Shown here in pieces: positions 1 through 11,000 of a stretch of 64,000 bases of DNA (positions are counted from its first letter, which is position 1; each line of letters begins with the position of its first letter). The position numbers and the translations under genes are program-made. The notes beneath the pieces are model-generated. The model was not told the DNA's origin. It saw nothing but the letters and a program-made list of their open reading frames with translations, and did no database searches. Source of the DNA: an uncultured Nitrososphaerales archaeon (GTDB lineage Archaea > Thermoproteota > Nitrososphaeria > Nitrososphaerales > Gagatemarchaeaceae); assembly GCA_963706445.1 (NCBI GenBank), contig OY970160.1, positions 1,753,758 to 1,817,757 on the forward strand. The letters run 5' to 3'.

Positions 1-546
1 GACGACGGCGACGGCGGCCTGGGCCATGGCCACCCTGGCGACTTCGTAAGGGCACACGTAGGCTTCCTCCGACTTCCTGATTAGCTCGGAGTGGCGGGGG
101 GTCCTAAGGAGCGACTCCCCGACGAGTCGGCCGAAGTCTTCTGATAGGGTGACGTTGAGGAAGTATGAGCAGAGGTTGTTGCTGACATTGAATGAACAGT
201 ACCACCCGAAGGATTCCTGTGGGACGATCCTCTGACGGCGCAAGAGGCAGTAGTCGTACTTCGACAGCATCGGAGCGGCGCGGAAAGGGTGCCTCCCCTG
301 GAGCCTGGAAATCTCGTCGACCACCCGGAAGATCTGCCGTTTCGTCCTGCAAGTGTAGACAATCCTGCAGCCCGTCTCTTCGGCAGCTGACAGAGCTCCT
401 GCGAGCACGGCGGCAGTCTTGCCGAACCCGCTCATCGCCTCGGCGATGAGAATCTCCCCTTCGGCGCATGCGCGATACACGTGGTGGGCCAGCTCCTCCT
501 GACCCGGGCGAAAGGACTCGTAGGCGAACCTGCTCTGTATGTCCAC
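1..546 (-). CDS. xpd: XPD/Rad3/DinG-family Fe-S DNA helicase, N-terminal part (runs off window start; not in ORF track)
   Basis: Manual translation from GTG at 546: MDIQSRFAYESFRPGQ (Q motif), AEAMSGFGKT (Walker A), VYTCRTKRQ (motif Ia), four Fe-S Cys ending in VCPYE. Confidence 0.9.
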   Translation of the reverse strand, partial: MDIQSRFAYESFRPGQEELAHHVYRACAEGEILIAEAMSGFGKTAAVLAGALSAAEETGCRIVYTCRTKRQIFRVVDEISRLQGRHPFRAAPMLSKYDYCLLRRQRIVPQESFGWYCSFNVSNNLCSYFLNVTLSEDFGRLVGESLLRTPRHSELIRKSEEAYVCPYEVARVAMAQAAVAVV

Positions 547-582
547 AGGCTAGGAGTCGGGCCCGCTATTTTACTCCCCGTA

Positions 583-1872
583 TCAGATGCCGATGTGGGA
601 GGCGAAGGCTTCGTCCTTGAAGAGCAGGGATGTGGCCTTCTCGACGGCTGCCCTGTTCTCCGGTGTGGTGTACACGCGGAGGACGTCCATGAAGCCAGCG
701 ATGGAACCTACCAGGGGGAGCTTCTCCAAGGGCACCGCCTTGACGACCCGCCTGTTCCCCTCGGCCCTGAACAGCGCCACCGATGTGAGGACCTCTTTGG
801 TGTAGGTGTAGGGGACGGAGGGTGTCGTGGGGACGTCAAGGTATACGTGGTGGGAGTCGACCTTTGCTGTTTTCGCTATTTCAGAGACAGCTCGGGTCCG
901 CGCCCCCTCGTCGGCGAATATCCGTTCTACCATCCGGCCCTTCCTCTGGAGGACCTTCTCAAAGGCGCACTTGACCAGCCTTCTTTCTTGGAAGTCTATG
1001 GCTAGCTTCTTGGCCTCCTTTAGCTCAGATGTGGAGGCCTTCAGGTTGATGAGCCGGTGGATAACGACCTCGTCTGTGAGCTCCAAGTATCTCTCGATGT
1101 CGGACAGGTCGGTCAGCCCCAGAGAACTGTCTGCTAGCTTCATCGAGTGTGCCAGCATCAGCTCCGCTGCTCTGACCGTCCTGTGAAAGTAGACGGCCTT
1201 GAACATCTCGTAGCGGGCGAGGAGTAGAGCCTCGTAGGCGTAGAGGGCCGCGTCGTCTATCACCAGATGCCCACCGGCGACGTGGAGCGAGTTGATCACC
1301 CTCTGTGTGTCTACCTTGCCGTACTCCACCCCCGTGAAGTAAGAGTCCCGGGGGAGGTAGTCCATCATGTCAGCGCTCAGGCTTCCCGCTATGATCTCGT
1401 TCATGAACGGAGGCTTCGACTTCTGTCTGCCGACTGCGAAGTCGGACATCTTCTTGGAGGAGAATCCGTTCTTTTCGAGTATGTCGCTGATGGACGTCTC
1501 GAGGATGACCCGTTTAGAAATGTCTTCGTGCGACACCTCGCCGTTGTCAGAAAGGACCTCCTCGTACATGTGGGAGAAGGGCCCGTGACCCACGTCGTGC
1601 AGTAGGGCGGCGATCCTTGTCTCCTGGACGGCGTCCTTGTCCATTTCAGAGGCCAGAGACTCGGCTATCTGCCCGGCCACGTGCATCGCCCCGACGACGT
1701 GGTCGAATCGCGTGTGCGTCGCTCCCGGATAGACGAGGTATGAGCCTGCGAGTTGGTGTATGCGCCTGAGCCTCTGCAGGAACGGAGAGTCGATGAGCTG
1801 TCGTTCGACTTCGGTCATCCGGACGTATCCGTGGACTGGGTCCCTGATCTCTGCGACAGGAGAGAGCGCCAA
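583..1872 (-). CDS. HD-domain dNTP triphosphohydrolase-like protein (SAMHD1/YdhJ-like)
   Basis: IRDPVHG, LQRLRRIHQL, HTRFDH, LLHDVGHGPFSH, DMMDYL.RD motifs. Confidence 0.9.
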   Translation of the reverse strand: MALSPVAEIRDPVHGYVRMTEVERQLIDSPFLQRLRRIHQLAGSYLVYPGATHTRFDHVVGAMHVAGQIAESLASEMDKDAVQETRIAALLHDVGHGPFSHMYEEVLSDNGEVSHEDISKRVILETSISDILEKNGFSSKKMSDFAVGRQKSKPPFMNEIIAGSLSADMMDYLPRDSYFTGVEYGKVDTQRVINSLHVAGGHLVIDDAALYAYEALLLARYEMFKAVYFHRTVRAAELMLAHSMKLADSSLGLTDLSDIERYLELTDEVVIHRLINLKASTSELKEAKKLAIDFQERRLVKCAFEKVLQRKGRMVERIFADEGARTRAVSEIAKTAKVDSHHVYLDVPTTPSVPYTYTKEVLTSVALFRAEGNRRVVKAVPLEKLPLVGSIAGFMDVLRVYTTPENRAAVEKATSLLFKDEAFASHIGI

Positions 1873-1921
1873 CCCTGCTTTACGGGCCCCTCAGGCGTCT
1901 TAAACGGTTCTGTGTGTCAGG

Positions 1922-2527
1922 CTAGACCTTCGTTTCAAGGGCCTTCGAGACCGCCAGGGAGACCGACCTGCTGGTCTCTTCGATTCTCCCTCCGGCATCG
2001 ACCACCGTCCAGCCGAACTTCTCCGCCAGTTCAAGGTACGCTCCTCTCGCCTTCTCCTGGAGGCAGAGGTTCCTTTCATACGAATCCTTCCTGTCCCCCC
2101 TTCTTGGGATGAGTTTGGCGGGTTGGGCGTTTAGGAGGATGACTAGATCCGGCTCAGGGAGGCCTTCCTCAAGGTGCAGGAGCCACTCAAGCTGCAGTCC
2201 GCTGCTGACCCCGTAGGCGAGGTTGGATCCTGAGTACCTGTCCACTATGGTGGCGTCCGTGTCAGACAGGATTGCCTCCAGTTCCCCCTTCTTCTCCCAC
2301 CTGTTGGCAGCATAGAGCATCGCCCTCACTTCCGGGGGGTAGATGACTGTGCCCGCCAGGAATTTCCTAATCTCCTTCCCGATGGTGGTCTCGTACGCAG
2401 GGAAAGAAATCGTCCTCGTGGTCAGGTCCTTCGAGCCGAGCCAGGCCTTCAGGATGGAGGTCTGGGTCCTCTTGCCCACGGCGTCTATCCCCTCGATGGC
2501 GATGAAGAGTCCCCTCCTCCGGCTCAT
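1922..2527 (-). CDS. tmk: Thymidylate (dTMP) kinase
   Basis: FIAIEGIDAVGKRTQ P-loop, DRYSGS, PDLVILL. Confidence 0.93.
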   Translation of the reverse strand: MSRRRGLFIAIEGIDAVGKRTQTSILKAWLGSKDLTTRTISFPAYETTIGKEIRKFLAGTVIYPPEVRAMLYAANRWEKKGELEAILSDTDATIVDRYSGSNLAYGVSSGLQLEWLLHLEEGLPEPDLVILLNAQPAKLIPRRGDRKDSYERNLCLQEKARGAYLELAEKFGWTVVDAGGRIEETSRSVSLAVSKALETKV

Positions 2528-2563
2528 GGCCGCCGTCCTTGGTACAGCGTCTAAATCCGTTTC

Positions 2564-4348
2564 CTAGAAGAAGATGGATACCAGAAAGAGGCCTGCTACA
2601 GCGGCTGTTGCGAACCTGAAATAGCTCCTTGAGAACTTGGAGCTCTCTTGGGTTATTGAGGCGAATTCCTCGAGGGCCTTGGCACCGAAGACTCTGACCT
2701 TGCTATTCATCTTGGCAGAGCCGTATTCTGCCGGGGCGAGCCTCGTTTCCGCAAGTCTGGCGAGCTTCACGGTGGCCTCTGCTATGGCCGCGACAGGTGT
2801 CGACTCTCCCAGTGTCTTGTACCCGCGTTCTGCCGTCAACCCGCGGGCAGCGAGGTTGTGGCTGTCCGAAGTGCAGAACTCCACCAGGCTGTAGCCGGCC
2901 GAATTCAACGCCTTCTCTACCTCGGCGTGCAGGCTCGGAACGGAGTTGTTGGCATCTGCGAGGACTAGGACGGACTTCGGGCCCTCCGACTGCAGCATTA
3001 TCAGCCCGACGCCGTTCTCAGTGATGTCCCCGCTCCCTGAGAAACCGATTTCGTTTGAGTGGGAATAGGCGAAGGCGAAGCGATGGGGCTCGGCCTTGCT
3101 CATGGTTTCGAAGAGCTTCCTCCACCCGGGGTCGTCGGTCATAGGAGACTGCAGGCGGGGGTCGATCGAGTTGTGCGCGTCGACAATCGTCAGGTCCAAC
3201 CCCGCGTCGACCGCAGATCTAGAGAGCTGGTCCTCCACTGTTGCGTCTATGTCGTCAGACCCGAGCGGAGCGAACGACATTGTCATCATCAGGTCTTCGG
3301 AGAAAGCCAGAGCTGAGGCGACCGCGTTCCCGACCTGGGTGCGCGTCGGCCCGCGCATCAATGCGCCGCCCCCGGTGGGTTCAATGGAGAGCGCCAATTC
3401 TTTCACAGCTAGGGCATACTTCGAAGTGTCTGCCTTCGTGGCCAAATTCCGCTCGTGCCCTCCTGGCCTGTGGAGTGTCATCGCCGGGCCCAGTTCCCTG
3501 AACGCCACTGATACCACACCTGGGAGGTCGTAGCTGCCTATGGGATAGAACGGACCCGGATGGACACCAGGTAAAATCAAGAACGCGTCCCCTACCTTCG
3601 TCCTGAAGAGGAGGACCTTCGTGCTGACCTCCATCTCCTCGGAGTGGCCTGCTATCATCCCCTCCAGCTGGTCGGAGTCCTCGGTGGTCCAGGTCTTCAT
3701 GAACGCGTGGAAGAGGCTCAATGCGTCGTAGCCAAGACTCGTCTTCTTTCCTTTGAGGAGCAAGGGGAAGGCGACCAGGATAGCGAGGGCGAGAAATCCG
3801 CTCGAAAAGGCGACGACGTCGAGTCGGCCTGCAAGCTCAGGGAGCCTGACAATCAGTAGGGTGGAGATTGGGTGGATGGCGGCGAGCGACAGAGAGATTG
3901 ACGCACTGTTCTCGAAGGCACCGTGGATGACAAGGAACTCGAACCCGGCGCAGATGAAGGCCCCGAACAGGATTGCGTTGGTGAGGGCGCTGGTGGACCC
4001 CGAAGTCCAGGCGTAGACCGCACCTACGGCGGCGAAGACCAGCCATAGAATCTCTCCTGCAAGGATAGTGGCCTGCACCCGTCGGAACGTCGCGATGGTC
4101 TTCCTGTCCTTGATCCTGAGGGCGCTCGAGACGGCGGTCGCAGACAGTATCAGGACGACGAATGCCAGCACAAAGGTCGGTAGGCCCGAGGTTCCCCTCG
4201 ACAGGATGGAAAGGAGGAAAGCTGCGAGCCCCCCATAGACGACAAGGGAAAGGGTGGAAGGGAGGACGAAAAGATGCCTGTAGCGGCTTGCGAGGGATTC
4301 TGTGGCAGAACGGGTCTTGGGATTCTGCTCAGATGACGTTGATGACAA
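2564..4348 (-). CDS. DUF2070-family membrane protein
   Basis: Multi-TM N-terminal half; HPGPF, HERN, DAHNS, DANNS, TSDSH motifs; start approximate. Confidence 0.85.
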   Translation of the reverse strand: MSSTSSEQNPKTRSATESLASRYRHLFVLPSTLSLVVYGGLAAFLLSILSRGTSGLPTFVLAFVVLILSATAVSSALRIKDRKTIATFRRVQATILAGEILWLVFAAVGAVYAWTSGSTSALTNAILFGAFICAGFEFLVIHGAFENSASISLSLAAIHPISTLLIVRLPELAGRLDVVAFSSGFLALAILVAFPLLLKGKKTSLGYDALSLFHAFMKTWTTEDSDQLEGMIAGHSEEMEVSTKVLLFRTKVGDAFLILPGVHPGPFYPIGSYDLPGVVSVAFRELGPAMTLHRPGGHERNLATKADTSKYALAVKELALSIEPTGGGALMRGPTRTQVGNAVASALAFSEDLMMTMSFAPLGSDDIDATVEDQLSRSAVDAGLDLTIVDAHNSIDPRLQSPMTDDPGWRKLFETMSKAEPHRFAFAYSHSNEIGFSGSGDITENGVGLIMLQSEGPKSVLVLADANNSVPSLHAEVEKALNSAGYSLVEFCTSDSHNLAARGLTAERGYKTLGESTPVAAIAEATVKLARLAETRLAPAEYGSAKMNSKVRVFGAKALEEFASITQESSKFSRSYFRFATAAVAGLFLVSIFF

Positions 4349-4484
4349 TTGAGACGATGATCAGGGTGATGGACCCGATGAGGACGATCTCCGGCCTGAT
4401 CTTCACTCCCTGAGTCTCTTCGTTGAAGAACGTGAGCAGGCCTGCGCTCGACGCGGGCATAGGCGCGTTGTCTTTCTTGCTCAT
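4329..4484 (-). CDS. Preprotein translocase subunit Sec61beta (51 aa; not in ORF track)
   Basis: MSKKDNAPMPASSAGLLTFFNEETQGVKIRPEIVLIGSITLIIVSIVINVI; AGL..FF.EE...K+.P plus C-terminal TM. Confidence 0.92.
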   Translation of the reverse strand: MSKKDNAPMPASSAGLLTFFNEETQGVKIRPEIVLIGSITLIIVSIVINVI

Positions 4485-4544
4485 GCTGTTTCACGAGGCC
4501 CTTCGACAGTTCTTAAGGATAACGCCGCCACTGGTCGGTGTAGG

Positions 4545-5954
4545 CTACACGAATCCGTTTTCCGTGAGCTTGGTCAAGACCCTGCTCCAGAACCCACTGC
4601 TCAGGGTTAGGAAGGCCGAGATGGCGCAGATCAGCAGCCCTCCCACGATGGCGACCAGGGGGACGATCGACGCTATCGACACGAGGATTATCACCCCGCC
4701 GAGAGGCAGCGCAGTAGCCAACTGTCTAAGGCTGAATTGGGCGGCCATCATCATGTCGTCCCCCTTTATCTGAATGGGGGCGATGTAGGCAGCCCAGCAG
4801 ATCTCAAGGACGTATGCGCCGGGTATTACCGCCAGTATCACTCCAAGAGCCCCCAAAGAGGAACCGTATCCCAGGGCCAGGAGGATCGAGTTGGCGACCG
4901 CGAAGGGAGCAAGAATTAGCATGAGCGAGATGACTTTGGATGCGATAAGGTGCCTGAAGTAGGTGGAGGGAGGGAGAGACGTCAGAGACAACCAGATCCT
5001 TTCGTTCGTTATCGCCGATTGGGAAAGGAAGAAACTGACGAAAGTGAGGAGGACGGCAACGATGATCGCACCAGGAAAAGTGTCCGTTCCGCTCACCGCT
5101 TGTGCAGGCGAGCCTTGCAGGAGGGCGTAGGCGAAGTAGGCCGCCGCGGCCACTGTTGCGGTCACGAATACCCATCGGGTCTTCACGCGTCTGGAGACGT
5201 ATCGGGAAGTCCCCGCCATGTTCATCCTCCCGGCGAGGGACATGTTGCTGAGGTTCATCGAGTAGATGGCGCCGATGGGGCTTCGGCCGACGTAGCTGTT
5301 CTGTGATTTAATATCCGACGAGGTCGTCCTCACAAGGCTCCTCATCATATCTAGCTCAATCCGCGACAGTCCTCTGAAGGCCAGCGCGGTGGTGACAGCC
5401 GCCAGTGCGACTGTTGTAGCGGTCCCGCCCAATGGGTTCCCGTTGAACGCTGCGCCCGGCGACAGGGGAAATTTCGCAAGGCCGGCGACCGTCCAAAGCG
5501 CCAGACCTACTGACAGCGCGGCTCTGAGCTTGGTAGTCATCGAAGTCGCAATGATTCCGAGTGACGTGAACGTGAGGGCGAGAGCGACGAGATCAGCCAC
5601 TAGGAGAGGAGAGGCGAGGGTCTGGTCCAGATATCCGAATATGAACAGTATCGAGATTCCGAATGCGATGAATTGCGAGAAGAAGATGGCTATGGAAAGA
5701 TCTCTGGTGCTTAGCGGTAGGGCGAAGAGGTAGTCCCGGTCCGACTTGAATATCATGATTCCGCCTGTGGCCAGGGCCATGGCAAGAAAGAGCGCAACTA
5801 TTGCAGTCCCGTAGTAACCCAGGATGAGGTTCGCCTGTTGAGTGGGGATCAATGATGAAATGGCAGTGTAGTACACGAGCATGACCACGATGAGTATGAG
5901 GAGGGGCCTGGAGAAGCGGGTCCGGACGACGAACTTCAGAAGCTTACCTAGCAT
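4545..5954 (-). CDS. Putative ABC transporter permease
   Basis: About 12 TM segments; D.DYLF.LP motif; overlaps the ABC ATPase gene. Confidence 0.75.
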   Translation of the reverse strand: MLGKLLKFVVRTRFSRPLLILIVVMLVYYTAISSLIPTQQANLILGYYGTAIVALFLAMALATGGIMIFKSDRDYLFALPLSTRDLSIAIFFSQFIAFGISILFIFGYLDQTLASPLLVADLVALALTFTSLGIIATSMTTKLRAALSVGLALWTVAGLAKFPLSPGAAFNGNPLGGTATTVALAAVTTALAFRGLSRIELDMMRSLVRTTSSDIKSQNSYVGRSPIGAIYSMNLSNMSLAGRMNMAGTSRYVSRRVKTRWVFVTATVAAAAYFAYALLQGSPAQAVSGTDTFPGAIIVAVLLTFVSFFLSQSAITNERIWLSLTSLPPSTYFRHLIASKVISLMLILAPFAVANSILLALGYGSSLGALGVILAVIPGAYVLEICWAAYIAPIQIKGDDMMMAAQFSLRQLATALPLGGVIILVSIASIVPLVAIVGGLLICAISAFLTLSSGFWSRVLTKLTENGFV

Positions 5955-6666
5955 CTGTCATCATCCTCGCCACGACGCTTTCGATGGGCTCCTCCGGTGA
6001 TCCTTTCTTCCTGAGGTCGTCGATGGTGCCTTCCCATAGAAACATCCCCTTGGATATCATCACCACGCTGTCTGTCAGCCTGTGCGCAATCGCCATGATG
6101 TGCGTCGAGACCAGGTGCGTCCCTTCCATTCTATCCAGCATCGCGATGACCTTTTCCTGTGTTGGGATGTCAAGATAGTTCAGGGGCTCGTCCAATAGCA
6201 TGACCTTGGGAGAATGGACGATGGCCAGCGCGATGGCCAGCTTTTGCGTGTTCCCTCTGGAGAGCCGGCCGACGTTCGATTTCTCGTATTGTCTGAGGTC
6301 GAGCTCGTCGAGGAGGAAATCTGTCCTCCCCCTCACGTCTTGGACCCCTCTCAACGCCGCGATGTACTCGAGGTTCTCCCTCACCGATAGCATCCTATAT
6401 GGTAGGGCGTCCTCGGGGAGGTACCCCACGACTGTCTTCGATTCCTTACTCTCGGGCGCAGACCCGAGTATCTTCACTGAGCCTGTGTCGGCCCTCAAAG
6501 AACCGATGAGGAGCTTGAGGGTGGTAGACTTGCCGGCCCCATTGGGCCCCAGGAGTGCGAATCGTCCCCCCACGGGTATCTCGAAGCTCAGATCGTTCAA
6601 CGCGAGGACAGAACCGTAGGACTTGCTGACATGTTCCAGCTCGATCCCGTTTCTTACTCCGTTCAT
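5944..6666 (-). CDS. ABC transporter ATP-binding protein
   Basis: [17 protein letters not shown] signature, LLDEP, H-loop. Confidence 0.93.
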   Translation of the reverse strand: MNGVRNGIELEHVSKSYGSVLALNDLSFEIPVGGRFALLGPNGAGKSTTLKLLIGSLRADTGSVKILGSAPESKESKTVVGYLPEDALPYRMLSVRENLEYIAALRGVQDVRGRTDFLLDELDLRQYEKSNVGRLSRGNTQKLAIALAIVHSPKVMLLDEPLNYLDIPTQEKVIAMLDRMEGTHLVSTHIMAIAHRLTDSVVMISKGMFLWEGTIDDLRKKGSPEEPIESVVARMMTDAR

Positions 6667-6793
6667 ACGAGATTCCAACTGGCTTCGGCTTCTTCCCCCG
6701 AATCGATGTCGTATTAAGCAACCTAGCGAACTGGCGAGGTTTCTGCGCCGGCCGCTCCAAACCTATAATTATCGTAAGGAAGCGCCGCGTCTC

Positions 6794-8083
6794 ATGCCTT
6801 CCTACGATTCTGAGTTCAAGTCCGTCCTGAGCAAGGTGCGCTCCCACGAGAAATGGTTCTCGGAAAGCCTGCCTATGATCGCGAGTGAGAACCTCACATC
6901 GGAGCCCGTCAGGAGGGTGCTCTCGTCGGACCTCGGGCACCGCTACGCCGAGGGGTGGCCTGGAGAGAGGGTCTACGCTGGGTGCAGGTACATCGACCAG
7001 ATTGAGCTACAGGCGATTGCGCTGGGCAAGAAATTGTTCAGGGCCGAACACATCGACGTGAGGCCCGTGTCGGGGGTCGTGGCGAACCTCGCGGTCTACG
7101 CTGCATGCACAAACCCCGGAGACACCATGATGGCGCTTTCGATACCGAATGGTGGGCACATCTCGCATGGCAAGAAGGACTTCGGTGGCTCGGCTGGCGC
7201 CATCCATGGGCTAGAAGTTTCCTACTTCGCCTTCGACAAGGAGGCGATGAACATCGACGTCGACGAGACGAAGAAGCGTATCGCCGCCCTCCCGTCTCTC
7301 AAACTCGCGATGTTCGGGTGCAGCCTGTTCCTGTTCCCGCACCCCATCAAGGAGCTGGAGCAGACAATCCACGACAAGGGAGGAGTCATCTGTTATGATG
7401 CCGCCCATGTCGCCGGGCTCATAGCAGGGGGCCAGTTCCAGGACCCGCTGAGGGAGGGAGCGCAGGTCATGACATTTAGCACCCACAAGGTCCTCTTCGG
7501 GCCGCAGGGCGGGGCCATCGCGTCCAAGGCGGAGTTGGCCGAGCCGCTGAAGAAGGCTGTCTTCCCCGGGATGACGAGCAACCATCACCTGAACAATGTG
7601 GCTGCGAAGGCGATGGTGTTCGCCGAGTTCCTTCAGTTCGGGCACAGGTACGCGAAGGATGTGGTGGTGAACGCTCAGACTCTGGCCGGAAGGCTGGCAG
7701 AGCTTGGAGAGAAAGTCCTCGGAGAGAAGGCTGGATACACAAAGTCCCATCAGGTGGCCCTTGACATCACAAAGTGTTCTGACGGCGGGGTCGTCGAAAA
7801 ACTTCTCGAAGACCAGAACATTATCTGCAACAGGGAGCCGATTCCCGGGGACCTGCAGGCCGGCAGGCACTACACCAATCCAGGAGGCATCCGCCTCGGG
7901 GTGTCGGAACTCACGCGCCTGGGCATGGGCAGGTCGGAGATGAAAGAGATAGCGGGAATAGTGCACCTCGCCCTCGGCGGGACGAAGAAGCGCGAGGTGG
8001 TTGCACAAATCAAGGAACTGCGTGGGGGTTTCCAGAAGGTCAAGTACTCCTTCAGGGACTCGCCGGCTTACTCATTCGGCTAG
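6794..8083 (+). CDS. glyA: Serine hydroxymethyltransferase (archaeal type)
   Basis: MIASEN, RYAEG, GGHISH, YDAAH, STHK (PLP Lys); start set at ATG 6794. Confidence 0.96.
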   Translation: MPSYDSEFKSVLSKVRSHEKWFSESLPMIASENLTSEPVRRVLSSDLGHRYAEGWPGERVYAGCRYIDQIELQAIALGKKLFRAEHIDVRPVSGVVANLAVYAACTNPGDTMMALSIPNGGHISHGKKDFGGSAGAIHGLEVSYFAFDKEAMNIDVDETKKRIAALPSLKLAMFGCSLFLFPHPIKELEQTIHDKGGVICYDAAHVAGLIAGGQFQDPLREGAQVMTFSTHKVLFGPQGGAIASKAELAEPLKKAVFPGMTSNHHLNNVAAKAMVFAEFLQFGHRYAKDVVVNAQTLAGRLAELGEKVLGEKAGYTKSHQVALDITKCSDGGVVEKLLEDQNIICNREPIPGDLQAGRHYTNPGGIRLGVSELTRLGMGRSEMKEIAGIVHLALGGTKKREVVAQIKELRGGFQKVKYSFRDSPAYSFG

Positions 8084-11000
8084 CGTAGGCTTCAGGAAAT
8101 CCGTCAACTCCAGCTGGTCCGCTTTCCTCGGTCCCTGGAACAGCTGGTCAAGCTCCCTCTGTAGCATGTCGAGGCGGCTCTTGAGATATGGGTCGACGTC
8201 GTAGTCGCGTGCGAGCTTCTGGGCGATGTAGAGGTACTTCTCCACCGAGGCCCTCGTCAGGGTCCCCCTGATCTCGCTCCCGCAGTTGGGGCACTTCCAT
8301 GAGAGGGGGGGCCTTCTCAGCGTCATCCCACACCCCTTGCACTTGAACGCCTGGGTCGCGTACTTCTTCGCGTTCCCCATTATGTCCCTGATCAAGTGCG
8401 TCTTGATTATCGATTCGACCACACCCCGGGTCGACACCGCCTCGATCAGCGAAGCGACTTCAATCTGCTTCGAGATCTTCTCGTTCAAAGTCCTCAGGGT
8501 CGAGTAGGAGCCTCTGGAGCGTTTGACCGTCAGCGCGCTCGTCCCGTGGGTGTATCCGTATCCGTAGAACTGGGTGTCCTTCTCGAGTCTTGATCCTATG
8601 GTTTCAATCAGGTCCACGACAGAGGAGGCTGGCGGCGCACTCTGTGTCTTTTCGTAGAACTCGAGCGGATAGGACGTTGCTATGTCGAAGTTGTGTGCCT
8701 GCTCGTCCACCTCCGAAGGCAAGATCACAGGCTGGATTAGCAGCGGCGTGTCCATGTATCCACCGATCTGTGCCGGGACGTACTCCAGCGAGAAGTTGAG
8801 GAAGGTGTCCATCAGAAGTAGGATTGAGTCTCCGTCCCCATCGCAGTCCCGCCTCTTCGCCGAGTGCCAGTATGGGTTTGCGAAGCACACCTGGGTCGCG
8901 GAGAATCCGACTATTCGCCCGCCCACGCCGACGGAAGTGTGCGGCGCCAATCCGATGACCAGCCTCCCCAGCAGGTCGGACGGCTCGTTGGCGTTGTAGA
9001 ATGGCGGGAGGCCGTAGAGGCTCTTCAGCTCGTCGTCGACGCACTGGGCCATCCTGACGAGGTCCTTCCCGATGTCCGCTGGTATAATGACATCCTGCGG
9101 CTTCAGCTCGAGTACCTGGTCGTCTCTCTCGAGTGGGACGCCGTCCTTGTCGTGGGAATACCCGAGGCGGACGAGCGTTCCAGTGTCAGATTTCACGTCC
9201 CTGGGCCTGAAGTGGGTCAGAGGCTCGTTGGTGGCGTCGATCCTCATGGTGCCGTCTTTGTAGACATAGGTGTCGTGCCTGCTTCTGATGATCCCCTTCT
9301 CCAGGGCCTCCGGCTGCTTCGACGCGCTGGTGAGTCCCCTGACGCCTTTGACAGGTTTGTTAGGGTTGTAGGGGATTTTGGCCCTGATGGCTTCGAGCCT
9401 CGACCGAAAGTCGAAATCCATTTTGGAGAAGTTCACAGTCTTCGTCCTACAGCTAGGGCAGGCATAGTCCTGGGTCGTCGCCCCACACCGTGGGCAGGCC
9501 CTGAATGACGTGGTAGGTCCCCCGCAAACCTCGCACTTCGGTGATGTGCGTCGCATGTTGCAGTTCGTGCAGTAGAGGTTCACCACCTCCATCTCCACCC
9601 TCCCCGCCTTCGCCGCCGCGGAAATGTCCCGCATCGCACCGCCTTCTTTGCCGACGGGGAAGAGGGTGTGGACCGGAGGCTTCATCCTCCTCACCATTGC
9701 TTTCTCCGGTCTTCCGACCCTGATGCCGATGGTCGTGGTGCTCTGGCGTCCCAGCTGAATCCCGGAAAGCCGCTTGATGTACTCGGGCTCCTCCGATGGG
9801 ATGACAAGCTCGGGCTCCTTCAGCCTGAGCAGGGCCCCCAGAACCAAAGCGCGGTCTCCGCTCACGACTGCCACGTCACCTTCTATCCTGTGCTCAATCA
9901 GGCAGGTGTTGAGGATCCAGCGTATCTGAGGGATGTTCGCGTTGACGATCACGTCGGAGCCTTCGAGGAGCGAGTACTTCCTCAGCTCCGCCAAATCCGA
10001 CGAGCCGACCCTGTCGAACCGAGGCGTATGGACAGGGTGGAGTGGGATACCCAGGGTCTGCGAGATCGAAATGGCCTCGGCGGCGCTGGGCACCGTTGTC
10101 GCAAAGGATTGCAGTTGGTTCGCTCTTTCCCTCGAGACGCCTGCTAAGGCGAGCATGTCGAGGGCCCCCGGGACGCTGTTGAGGGCGCGACCAAAGTCCT
10201 GTAACCACCACTCGGCGACATAGGGCGAAGGCGGGAGCGCCTTGTTGTTCTCTAGGAAATCCCCGTAACTGATGAGCACGTCCCCGAGATCTATGATCTT
10301 GCCGAGCACCCCGTGCATCTCCTCGGCCTGTGCGACGGTCGACACCTTGACCACGCTCCCATCCTTGGTCAGAATGGTCGGCCCCTCGATTGAGTCGACG
10401 AAGGCTATGGTCGCCGCCTTCCCGGGCAGGTCTACCTTTACTTGGGTCCCGGTGACGACAGGGTAGTCCAGAAGTATGGCCACCGCGGGGTGGATTCCGA
10501 TGGTCGAGAGTCCTGTGTTCATCGACCTGCCGTACCTGAGCCTGAAGCCCCCTTTGCTGCGAGGCATGGAGAGGACTGCCCTCCCGGAGATGACCTCCTC
10601 GAAGTGAGCACCGGCCTTCTCCGTCTCGTTGGTTGACTGCTGCGTGCCTCCCTTGAGCTGGTCGAGGAACTCCCACCCCGTGATGTTCAGGCTCGCCAGC
10701 TTCTTCGACAGTTTGTTGGCGCGGCCGATGACCCCATCGTTCAGCACTCTGAGTGCTCCGCCCCTCAGCCTGTCGGTGGAGACGCGCTTCAGGTTCCTGT
10801 GGACCACAACCTCGATGGGGTCGGTCTCTATCCCGTCTATCTCGACGGGTATGTTGGAGATGGCGCGCTTGATGTCGTCGTCAGTGACCTTGTACTGGAA
10901 ATTCCCGACCTCGCGCTCGTAGATTCTCAGCTCCTCCGCGAACCTGGCGATCTCTTCGCCCCGGGCCCTGTAGTTGCCGAGGCCCAGCTTCTTTGCGGTG

